A stretch of DNA of 45,884 nucleotides from the IMG/VR virus record IMGVR_UViG_3300045988_146045, positions 1 to 45,884 of that record; one strand, written 5' to 3'. Origin of the DNA: a virus. Below are positions 18,160-26,073 of the stretch, in pieces (position 1 is the first letter of the stretch; each line of letters opens with the position of its first letter). Position numbers and translations under genes: made by a program. The notes under the pieces were generated by a model, which made no database searches, was not told the DNA's origin, and saw nothing but the letters and a program-made list of their open reading frames with translations.

Positions 18160-18567
18160 CTTAATTTACCTTATACGCTATATTTAGCGCCCTTTCTAAA
18201 TTTATTATATGTAATCTATAAGCAATTCTAATTATGTATAGTTTCATATATACGCTCCTTTATATATTTAATTGTTTATGGTATACTATGTATGTAAGGG
18301 CTATATAAGCCCCTACATATTAGCGTTTGAAGTAAGCTATCAGGTTTCTACCTTCGTAAGGTTTAAGCCCTTGAGTGTTGCACCACTCTTTATATAGCTC
18401 TACTTCTTTTTTTATTGTCATTGTTTATCACCTCCTTGCTTTTTAAAATACTTACGGGTAAGTAATTAACTTACCACACTATTATTATACGTACAAACGA
18501 GTATTTTATCAACGATTAAAACGTATGTATAAGTACAATTAAAATGTGCAATAAAAACCACTTTTAT

Positions 18568-18596
18568 GCACCCCTAGGGGTGTTTTTTAGTGTATA
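18568..18596. terminator. Palindromic hairpin cacccctaggggtg plus T6 (bidirectional terminator-like)
   Basis: Perfect 14-bp palindrome followed by tttttt and preceded by an A-run. Confidence 0.5.
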
Positions 18597-18700
18597 TATA
18601 GTATATCTGATGTCCTTTTCCACCCGAAAAATAAAAAAGACTTATAAATAAGTATTGAAAATGAACGCATAAATAAGTATAATGTATTTGAGGTGATAAA

Positions 18701-18943
18701 ATGAAAACAAAACAAGCAATAAAAAAGATTCTTAAACAAGAACATATGACACAAAAAGTATTGAGTGAAAAGGTGGGTTATGCTAGACCAAGTAGTTTGA
18801 ATACTGTATTGATTTCAAATAACCCCCAAATAGAAACGTTAGTTAAAATTATGGATACGTTGGGATATGAAATTATTTTAAGACCTAAAAATGGAAGTGA
18901 TAAAGTAGCAAGATCAGTAATATTAAACAATGAGGAGGAATAG
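18701..18943 (+). CDS. Small XRE-type HTH protein (80 aa) immediately upstream of the serine recombinase
   Basis: HTH motif MTQKVLSEKVGYARPSSLNTV; RBS TGAGGTGA. Confidence 0.6.
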   Translation: MKTKQAIKKILKQEHMTQKVLSEKVGYARPSSLNTVLISNNPQIETLVKIMDTLGYEIILRPKNGSDKVARSVILNNEEE

Positions 18944-18945
18944 AT

Positions 18946-19515
18946 ATGATTTACGGTTATGCTCGTGTATCAACTAAAGAGCAAAAATTGGATAGACAAA
19001 TTGATAGTCTAACCAAGTATGTTGATGTTAAAAATATCTATAGTGATAAACTAAGCGGAAAAAATACCAATAGAGAAAATTATCAAAAACTAAAAGAAGT
19101 AGTAGCAGCTGGTGATGTAATCTATATTCATGCACTGGATAGACTTTCTAGAAATAAGAGAGATACAATAAGAGAATTCAATTATTTCAAAGAAAAAGGT
19201 GTCATTTTAAGAATTTTAAATATGCCTACGACACTAATTGAACTAGACGGGCAACAATGGGTTATTGAAATGATTAATAATATAATACTGGAGGTTTTGA
19301 GTTCTGTAGCTGAACAGGAAAGAATCACAACATTAGAGAGACAAAGAGAGGGGATTGAATCGGCTAAAAAGCGTGGTGTTAAGTTTGGTAGACCTGATGT
19401 AAAGATGAAAGTTGACGAAGTAATTAAAATGGTTAATAATGGTAGTAAGGTAACCGAAGCATGTAGAGAAGTCGGTATTGGTAAGCGTACGTATTATAAT
19501 TATGTCAGGGGTTGA
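18946..19515 (+). CDS. Small serine recombinase (resolvase/invertase family, 189 aa)
   Basis: Catalytic motif GYARVSTKEQ, SGKNTNRENYQKL, DRLSRN, a C-terminal HTH (GIGKRTYYNYV). RBS GAGGAGG. Confidence 0.85.
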   Translation: MIYGYARVSTKEQKLDRQIDSLTKYVDVKNIYSDKLSGKNTNRENYQKLKEVVAAGDVIYIHALDRLSRNKRDTIREFNYFKEKGVILRILNMPTTLIELDGQQWVIEMINNIILEVLSSVAEQERITTLERQREGIESAKKRGVKFGRPDVKMKVDEVIKMVNNGSKVTEACREVGIGKRTYYNYVRG

Positions 19516-19546
19516 TAATATTAAGAAATTAATCTCATATTATAAA

Positions 19547-19575
19547 TTGAAAAACACCAATCAATATTTTATAAT
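19547..19575 (+). promoter_or_regulatory. Consensus sigma-A promoter TTGAAA-17-TATAAT driving the lipoprotein gene
   Basis: -35 at 19547-19552 and -10 at 19570-19575 with exact 17-bp spacing. Confidence 0.65.
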
Positions 19576-19604
19576 TAGAGTAGAATAATTAGGGGAGAGA
19601 TAAA

Positions 19605-20120
19605 ATGAAAAGAATAATTAAAGGTATATTGATATTGCTATTGTGCTTTGGTTTTGTAGGATGTAGTGGTAGTGAGAAGAAAAACGAAGAAGATATTTTA
19701 TATAATAAAGTGATTAAAAAAATTGATGAAATGGATTATAGTATTGATTTTATTGATGATTCTACTTTAATTATTTGTGACAGTTCCAGTGAGTCAACGT
19801 TTTATTGGAAAAATGGGATAAAAGTAATTTATTTGAATGAACCAGCTACATATCTTGAGGATTCGTATGTAGCAAATATCAGATTTTATGATGATAGTTA
19901 TTATGATGATTTAAGCATAGAAGATTATGATCTGGATAACGAAAACATGTTGACAATATACAATCCAGTTGAAGATTATAGCAAAGGTGAAAAAAATCCT
20001 AAATTTTACAAAGATATTCCAATGTATGATTCGTTTACTGATTTTATAAAAAAAATAGGTATAAAAAACGAACAAGAATTAATTAATTTTTTGGATATGT
20101 TCTATTTAAAAAAAACATAA
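19605..20120 (+). CDS. Lipoprotein (171 aa), paralog of the int-proximal lipoprotein with an identical lipobox LLLCFGFVGCS; candidate superinfection-exclusion or lysogenic-conversion moron
   Basis: Signal peptide MKRIIKGILILLLCFGFVGCSGS; own promoter, RBS AGGGGAGAG and own terminator. Confidence 0.7.
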   Translation: MKRIIKGILILLLCFGFVGCSGSEKKNEEDILYNKVIKKIDEMDYSIDFIDDSTLIICDSSSESTFYWKNGIKVIYLNEPATYLEDSYVANIRFYDDSYYDDLSIEDYDLDNENMLTIYNPVEDYSKGEKNPKFYKDIPMYDSFTDFIKKIGIKNEQELINFLDMFYLKKT

Positions 20121-20126
20121 CTCAAT

Positions 20127-20161
20127 AAAAAGCCCCTTACTCATTAGAGTTTGGGGCTTTT
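20127..20161. terminator. Bidirectional rho-independent terminator (aaaagcccc...ggggctttt)
   Basis: 7-bp G/C stem with flanking A-run and T-run, between convergent genes. Confidence 0.65.
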
Positions 20162-20854
20162 ATTAAGAACTTTGCCATCTATTCGCAATTCCGAAGCTTT
20201 TTCATTATATAATTCCAAAGAAACCGCAATCTCTTTGTTTAATATTTTAGTATCAACAATGTCTCCTGCCTCGTGTAAATAACTACGAATTCTATTACCG
20301 TCTTCATCCACAACGCCATTTTTATAATTTGAAAATGGAATGAGAAGTTTTTTTGTAATTATCAACATTAATTTTTGAAAATCTAAGTCAGTAATTTTGC
20401 CTTTGTCATGCATCAGACGGATTTCGTCAATTCTTAATTTATTCCATTCCTCATATAACGTTTCGTATGTTTCGGTCTCCTTACTTTTATACTTGTTCTT
20501 AATGCTTTTTACGTATTCTAAACATTTTAATCGTCCTTCAGTTGTTAATCCTGTGCATATATGAACTATTTCACTCAATAATCCATCAGCTGTATCAACA
20601 AGACCAAGGTCAGAGTATTCCTCAAGTTCACCATCTGTCCATTGTGGAGCAGTGCCATTTAATCCTAATAAATATTGTGGTGGTATTCCTAAAGACTCTG
20701 CTATTGGATAAAGTATATCCATTTTTATTGTTTCGTTGTCTCTTTTGGTTATTCCATATAAGGTATTTATAGATACCCCTGACATTAAAGAAAGTTCTTT
20801 TATGGTAACTTCTTTTTCATCAAGTATCTTTTTTAAACGTGTTCCGACACCCAT
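20144..20854 (-). CDS. XRE-family HTH regulator with a ~170-aa C-terminal domain of unknown function (not peptidase S24)
   Basis: N-terminal HTH GTRLKKILDEKEVTIKELSLMSGVSINTLYGITKRD; start taken at MGVGTRL (RBS AAAGGA); divergent from the Rha gene with palindromic operators between them. Confidence 0.65.
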   Translation of the reverse strand: MGVGTRLKKILDEKEVTIKELSLMSGVSINTLYGITKRDNETIKMDILYPIAESLGIPPQYLLGLNGTAPQWTDGELEEYSDLGLVDTADGLLSEIVHICTGLTTEGRLKCLEYVKSIKNKYKSKETETYETLYEEWNKLRIDEIRLMHDKGKITDLDFQKLMLIITKKLLIPFSNYKNGVVDEDGNRIRSYLHEAGDIVDTKILNKEIAVSLELYNEKASELRIDGKVLNKSPKL

Positions 20855-20904
20855 TATTATCATCCTTTCATAATATAATTTAACCACATTATTAACGAAA
20901 AGTA

Positions 20905-20990
20905 CATATGTACTAAAAAAAATATTGACATTAGTACGTATGTACTATAAAATTAAAAATATAAATTAATACAAATGTACTAAAATGTGG
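20905..20990. promoter_or_regulatory. Operator/promoter region with two 14-bp palindromes, AGTACATATGTACT and AGTACGTATGTACT, and a TTGACA -35 box between them
   Basis: Palindromes at about 20911-20924 and 20934-20947 (coordinates as read from the sequence lines); a third half-site sits near 20976; TTGACA lies between them. Confidence 0.55.
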
Positions 20991-20992
20991 AG

Positions 20993-21127
20993 GTGAGAAA
21001 TATAACTAAAAGAACAACTACTGTAAAATCAGATGAAGATTTAGTTTTAAAAGCTAAGATATTTTGCTTAAAAACGAAGACTAATTTTAGCAGATACGTA
21101 GAGGATTTAATTAAAAAAAAGATTTAG
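20993..21127 (+). CDS. Possible ribbon-helix-helix (CopG/Arc-like) small protein with no canonical start codon; approximate coordinates
   Basis: Translation RNITKRTTTVKSDEDLVLKAKIF...NFSRYVEDLIKKKI has a beta-strand and two helices in an RHH pattern; the only in-frame start-like codon is a GTG inside the GGAGGTGA RBS. Confidence 0.3.
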   Translation: MRNITKRTTTVKSDEDLVLKAKIFCLKTKTNFSRYVEDLIKKKI

Positions 21128-21147
21128 AAAAGAAAGGAAAATAGAAA

Positions 21148-21885
21148 ATGAATAGTTTAAAGATTATCGAATTAAATGGTCAACGGACAGTTGACAGCAG
21201 AGAAGTAGCAGAAATGATTGAAGTTACACATGCTAATTTATTGAAAAAGATTAGAGTTTATGAAGATATTTTACTCAAGTCAAAATTGACTTCAGTGGAT
21301 TTCTTTATACCAAGTGAGTATCAGGACACTACTGGACGTACTTTAAAATGTTACCTATTAACTAAAATGGGATGTGAAATGGTAGCAAATAAGCTAACTG
21401 GTGAAAAGGGAGTTGTATTTACTGCTAAATATGTTGAAGCATTTAATACTATGGAATCAAATCAGTTGCAGTTACAGAATTTATCACCTGAGCTTCAATT
21501 CATGATTCAGTCTGAAATCAAATTGAAAGAGCATGACAGAAGATTAGATCAGCTTGAAGGTGATTTACCAATAACACCATCTGAGTGCAATTTAATTAGC
21601 AGAGAAGTGAAGTCGAGAATTAAGAAAGTTATTAGCGAAAACAATTTAATTGTAAACAATAAGCAAAGAAGAAAATTATTTAATGAAATCAAACATGATG
21701 CAACTATCATCGCTGGAGTAACACAATATAATTATATTTTAAAGAAAGATCTTGATAAGGTTATAGCTTATATTAATAACTGGTATCCTAGTGGAGCTAC
21801 TTTAGCTGTCATCATGGGATATGAGCAACAATCATTATTTAAAAATGAACATAAAAAAAGACATTCAACAACCAACCAAGATTAG
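21148..21885 (+). CDS. Rha-family phage regulatory protein (Phage_pRha N-domain)
   Basis: N-terminus LNGQRTVDSREVAEMIEVTHANLLKKI...KMGCEMVANKLTGEKGVVFTAKYVEAFNTME matches the Rha/pRha signature; RBS AAAGGAAA. Confidence 0.7.
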   Translation: MNSLKIIELNGQRTVDSREVAEMIEVTHANLLKKIRVYEDILLKSKLTSVDFFIPSEYQDTTGRTLKCYLLTKMGCEMVANKLTGEKGVVFTAKYVEAFNTMESNQLQLQNLSPELQFMIQSEIKLKEHDRRLDQLEGDLPITPSECNLISREVKSRIKKVISENNLIVNNKQRRKLFNEIKHDATIIAGVTQYNYILKKDLDKVIAYINNWYPSGATLAVIMGYEQQSLFKNEHKKRHSTTNQD

Positions 21886-21983
21886 TTTGAATGTCACCAT
21901 CAGGCACTTATATTATAATACATAAAAGGTAAATTGTCTACCTTTTAACAAGTGCCTCTAAGATTAAATGGAGGAACAAGAAA

Positions 21984-22166
21984 ATGGAATCAAAATTAAT
22001 TGATATTATTAAAAAAGCTAAGAAAGTATTTAAAACAGATAGTAGTCTTATGGTGGATGAAATACTAATTTTAAATAGGAAATCGAAAAGTAATACAGAG
22101 TTGGTGTCTAGTGCTTATGCACTAGGATACATACGAGGTGTTGAAAGTAATAAAAAAAAGGTATAA
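21984..22166 (+). CDS. Hypothetical small protein (60 aa)
   Basis: RBS TGGAGGAACAAG. Confidence 0.4.
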   Translation: MESKLIDIIKKAKKVFKTDSSLMVDEILILNRKSKSNTELVSSAYALGYIRGVESNKKKV

Positions 22167-22331
22167 AATTAAAGTATCCTAAAGATATCGAAAAAACTCC
22201 CAAACAAAAAAACAGACTGCAAGGGAGAGTGGTTTGGTTTGCATAGCGAATTAATGCAGTCACATATTAGAGCCATGAGCCGATGTATATTTTATACGTC
22301 GGTTTTTTATATATAAACTGGAGGAAATGTT

Positions 22332-22619
22332 ATGAAACTAAATATATTGGGAACAAAGTATGATTTAAAATATATCGATAACCCTGATGAAGACATGCAA
22401 AATAACGATGCGGATGGGTATACAGATAGCATAAATAAAAAAATAGTTATTCTTAGTAAAACACCTAACGATATAGAAAGCATACTTAGGCATGAAATTA
22501 TTCATGCATATTTAATCGAAAGTGGTATTGGATATGGCTATGCATTTCATAATGAGGACATGGTAGAATGGCTAGCGATGCAATTTCCTAAAATAGAAAA
22601 AACGATTAATAATATATAA
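22332..22619 (+). CDS. Small HExxH-motif protein (putative mini-zincin metallopeptidase, 95 aa)
   Basis: Motif LRHEIIHAYLIESG (HExxH plus downstream E/G); RBS TGGAGGAAATG. Confidence 0.35.
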   Translation: MKLNILGTKYDLKYIDNPDEDMQNNDADGYTDSINKKIVILSKTPNDIESILRHEIIHAYLIESGIGYGYAFHNEDMVEWLAMQFPKIEKTINNI

Positions 22620-22662
22620 TAAAATTAAGAGCCCTGAGCCGTAATGGAAAGGGGTTTTTATA

Positions 22663-24303
22663 TTGTATGTAGATAAAATATCAAATGCATTAAAGAAAAA
22701 AGGAAGTTCTTTTGAAATAGTAAACAGCTGTTTCGAGTTATGCAGATTAGAGACAAGTGAACTAAGCATAAGAAAAGGAAGTGAACTGGTTAAGAGAGCA
22801 GTAATTAAAAATGTTAAACAAGGTGAAGAATGGTATGATCTGTATCGAAAAGTTTTATTGTTTCGTGCACCTTACTGTTTTGAAGATTATTTAATTTATC
22901 TAGAAATTGATAGACCACCAGAGGAACGATTCTATCAACCGCGGAGGAAAGTATTAAAAGTTGTAGTTGAAGAACTTCAGGCGTTAGCTGATGATGAGCT
23001 GGATGAATTATTTGTAAGTATGCCACCACGTGTTGGGAAAACAACTATATTAATGTTGTTTATTACGTGGATCATGGGGCGAGATGGTGAGGCAAGCAAT
23101 TTATATAGTGCGTTCTCAGCTATAATTACAAGTGCTATGTATACTGGTGTGTTGGAGGTAGTGACAGACAGCTATACATATAACTGGAAAAAAGTATTTA
23201 ATAATTCAGGTATTGCTAATACTGATGCTAAAAAGGAAACCATAGATATTGATAGAAAGAAACGTTATCCAACATTAACGTGTCGTTCGTTGTATGGAAC
23301 ATTGAACGGAGCATGTGACTGTTCTGGGTATTTAATTAGTGATGACTTAATCGGTGGTATTGAAGAAGCGTTAAACAAAGACCGTTTAATGAATGCATGG
23401 TCAAAGGTAACGAACAATTTAATACCTCGTACAAAACAGTCTGCAAAGAAAATATGGATTGGTACACGCTGGAGTTTAATTGATCCGGCTGGTTTAAGGA
23501 TGGACTTCTTGCAGAATAATGAAGAAGGTAAAAAGGTAAGGTTTAAAATAATTAATCTACCAGCGCTTAATGAAAACGACGAATCTAATTTTGATTATGA
23601 TTATAATGTTGGATTTAATACAGACTACTACAAACAGTTAAGAGCACAGTTTGAAAGAAATAATGATATGGCATCATGGCAAGCTCAATACATGGGAGAG
23701 CCTATTGAGCGTGATGGAGCACTATTTACACCTGATACAATGAATTTCTATAACGGGGTAATAGCTGATGAACCAGTAAGAAATTATATGACGGTCGATG
23801 TTGCGTGGGGTGGTGGTGATTATGTTTCAGCACCAGTATGCGTAGAAACTGAAAACGGAGATTTCATACCTGATGTAGTATTTAATAATGGTGATAAAAC
23901 TATAACAAGACCATTAATTGTAGACTGTATTATCAAAAATAATGTTAAGTATGTTCAGTTTGAAGCTAATAATGGCGGAAGCGAATATGCCGAATGGATA
24001 GAAAGAGAATTAAAACAGAGAGACTATAAATGTACGATAACAAGTAAATCAGCACCAACTAATAAGCGAAAAGAAGCGCGTATATTTGAACGTGCACCTG
24101 AAATTAGAGAGTTTTACTATTTAGATAACGGGCGCAGACATAAAGAATATCAATTGTTTATGAATAATCTATATGCTTTTAAAATTGTAGGAAAAAATAA
24201 AAATGATGATGCACCAGACAGTATGGCGATGCTTTCAGAAGTAAGAGGAAGAGGAAAATACACTTCTGTAACAACCTTCAGTAGAAAAGATTTAGGAATA
24301 TAA
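22663..24303 (+). CDS. terL: Terminase large subunit (TTG start predicted)
   Basis: Walker A PPRVGKTT, an ATPase core, and a C-terminal nuclease region with conserved acidic residues; 546 aa. Confidence 0.85.
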   Translation: MYVDKISNALKKKGSSFEIVNSCFELCRLETSELSIRKGSELVKRAVIKNVKQGEEWYDLYRKVLLFRAPYCFEDYLIYLEIDRPPEERFYQPRRKVLKVVVEELQALADDELDELFVSMPPRVGKTTILMLFITWIMGRDGEASNLYSAFSAIITSAMYTGVLEVVTDSYTYNWKKVFNNSGIANTDAKKETIDIDRKKRYPTLTCRSLYGTLNGACDCSGYLISDDLIGGIEEALNKDRLMNAWSKVTNNLIPRTKQSAKKIWIGTRWSLIDPAGLRMDFLQNNEEGKKVRFKIINLPALNENDESNFDYDYNVGFNTDYYKQLRAQFERNNDMASWQAQYMGEPIERDGALFTPDTMNFYNGVIADEPVRNYMTVDVAWGGGDYVSAPVCVETENGDFIPDVVFNNGDKTITRPLIVDCIIKNNVKYVQFEANNGGSEYAEWIERELKQRDYKCTITSKSAPTNKRKEARIFERAPEIREFYYLDNGRRHKEYQLFMNNLYAFKIVGKNKNDDAPDSMAMLSEVRGRGKYTSVTTFSRKDLGI

Positions 24304-24367
24304 TTTTTTTTCTTGACAAGGTTAAAATCTGTACGTAGCCTTAAAGTAGGAAGTGGGGTAATTAAAA

Positions 24368-24517
24368 TTGAAAAAAGAAATATATTGCCCCGTTTGTGCA
24401 AAAAGGGGTAAAAAGAAACTTCTAGGAGCTGTAGAAGAAGGTTCAAAAGGAACAGTGTATCTATGGTGTAAGGAAGATAAAAAACCAATAAAGATTGAAT
24501 TAAGTAAAATTAAATAA
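24368..24517 (+). CDS. Small zinc-ribbon protein (49 aa, TTG start); approximate coordinates
   Basis: CPVC...WC pattern; RBS GGAAGTGGGG; not in the ORF track. Confidence 0.3.
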   Translation: MKKEIYCPVCAKRGKKKLLGAVEEGSKGTVYLWCKEDKKPIKIELSKIK

Positions 24518-24521
24518 AAAT

Positions 24522-24575
24522 AGAGCCATGAGCCGATGTATTACGTAAAAAACGTAATAGTCGGCTCTTTTTATT
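24522..24575 (+). terminator. Strong rho-independent terminator (gagccgatgtattacg-aaaaaa-cgtaatagtcggctc plus T-run)
   Basis: 15-16 bp stem followed by ctttttattt. Confidence 0.65.
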
Positions 24576-24594
24576 TACAGTTAGGGGGTGTGTT

Positions 24595-26070
24595 ATGAGT
24601 AGTACGACAGGTGAATTAGCAATAGAACAGTTTAAAGGCAGAAAAATGATTACTACGGATGTTGTGGAAATCACCAAAGACAACATACATGATGTGTTGG
24701 GTAAGGCAATGTCTATTCATATAAGAAACCGTAGTCAAATAAGACGGCTGTTTGAGTATGAAAAGGGAAATCAAAATATTCTTTATCGTCAAAAGGATGT
24801 AAGACCTGAAATAAATAATAAAATTGTTGAAAATCATGCGCACGAGATCGTCAACTTTAAAGTCGGATATGTTTTCGGACAACCGATAAGCTATGTTCAG
24901 CGTGCTAATAAAGATTTATCTAATACCGAATCAAGTGGAGACAATGTAGTAGATGCATTAAATGAAATGATGTTCGAGGAAGGTAAATATTACAAAGATC
25001 AGGAGCTGGCAAGAACGTTTTCAATTTGTGGTGTTGGTTATCGAATGGTTACACCATACAAAGTAAAAAAAGGAGTTAGTGATTTTCGGATTACTAATCT
25101 GGATCCGCGTTTTACATTCGTTGTTTATAGTGCTGATGTTTTTCATGAACCAATGATGGGTGTTACATACTGGATTGATGAAGATAATATGATTCACTGC
25201 ACAATTTACACTGAAAATTTTGTTTATAAAACAACGGGGAAATATGGAAATGTGTTCACCCCTGATGGAAAACTTGAAGAATCGATAAATGGAATAGGAG
25301 CAATTCCAATTATCGAATACAAAAACGATGATTCAAGGATGGGATGTTTTGAAAGAGTTCTTGGACTGCTTGAAGCAATAAACTTATGTACTTCTGATCG
25401 TCTTAACGGATTAGCACAGTTTGTACAGTCATTGCTATGGTTTAACGATATCGGTATTGATAATGAACAGTTTAAGTTACTTAGAGAAGAAGGTGGTATT
25501 TCTACGAAATCACTAAGCGATGGAAAAACACCAATATTGCAGTATATAAAAACAGAGCTGAATCAAACAGAGGTCCAGACACTAGCTGACTATTTATATA
25601 TGCAAGTGTTACAGATTACCGGTACACCGGCTAGAGGGCAGTCAAGTGGCGGTAACACTGGTGTTGCTTTAATGTTAGGCGAATCAGGGTGGCAGTTAGC
25701 TGAAGAAAACGCGCAAAGTGCAGAAACGTTATTTGGCAACAGTGAACGTCAAATGATGCTAGTAATCAAAAATATTATTGAACGCTCTAAAGATAATGAT
25801 ATCAGCGAGTTATGTATCGCTGATATAGATATTAAGTTTAATCGGAATAAGATTAGTAATTTATTAAACAAGACGCAAGCACTTATGAATTTACAGACTG
25901 CTGGAATAAATATGCGCCACGCAATTAAAACTGTTGATTTATTTCCTGATCCGCAGCAGGTATACAAAGACAGTGAAAAACAGTTGGAGAAGAACGTTAA
26001 GGAGCAAACGACGGAGAAGGTCGAAAACGAGCAAAGGTTAGAGAAAAACGTTAAAGAGCAAGGAGATTAA
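24595..26070 (+). CDS. Portal protein (SPP1 gp6-like)
   Basis: 491 aa directly after terL; sequence typical of the Gp6 portal family. Confidence 0.75.
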   Translation: MSSTTGELAIEQFKGRKMITTDVVEITKDNIHDVLGKAMSIHIRNRSQIRRLFEYEKGNQNILYRQKDVRPEINNKIVENHAHEIVNFKVGYVFGQPISYVQRANKDLSNTESSGDNVVDALNEMMFEEGKYYKDQELARTFSICGVGYRMVTPYKVKKGVSDFRITNLDPRFTFVVYSADVFHEPMMGVTYWIDEDNMIHCTIYTENFVYKTTGKYGNVFTPDGKLEESINGIGAIPIIEYKNDDSRMGCFERVLGLLEAINLCTSDRLNGLAQFVQSLLWFNDIGIDNEQFKLLREEGGISTKSLSDGKTPILQYIKTELNQTEVQTLADYLYMQVLQITGTPARGQSSGGNTGVALMLGESGWQLAEENAQSAETLFGNSERQMMLVIKNIIERSKDNDISELCIADIDIKFNRNKISNLLNKTQALMNLQTAGINMRHAIKTVDLFPDPQQVYKDSEKQLEKNVKEQTTEKVENEQRLEKNVKEQGD

Positions 26071-26073
26071 ATT

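Noticed and set aside
18322-18423. 33-aa minus-strand ORF with a strong RBS (AAGGAGGTGATAAACA-ATG) upstream of the HTH/recombinase pair
   Set aside because: It is too short to assess and has no homology signal. It is kept only as a note: it could be a leader peptide, or a tiny regulator divergent from the acidic cassette.
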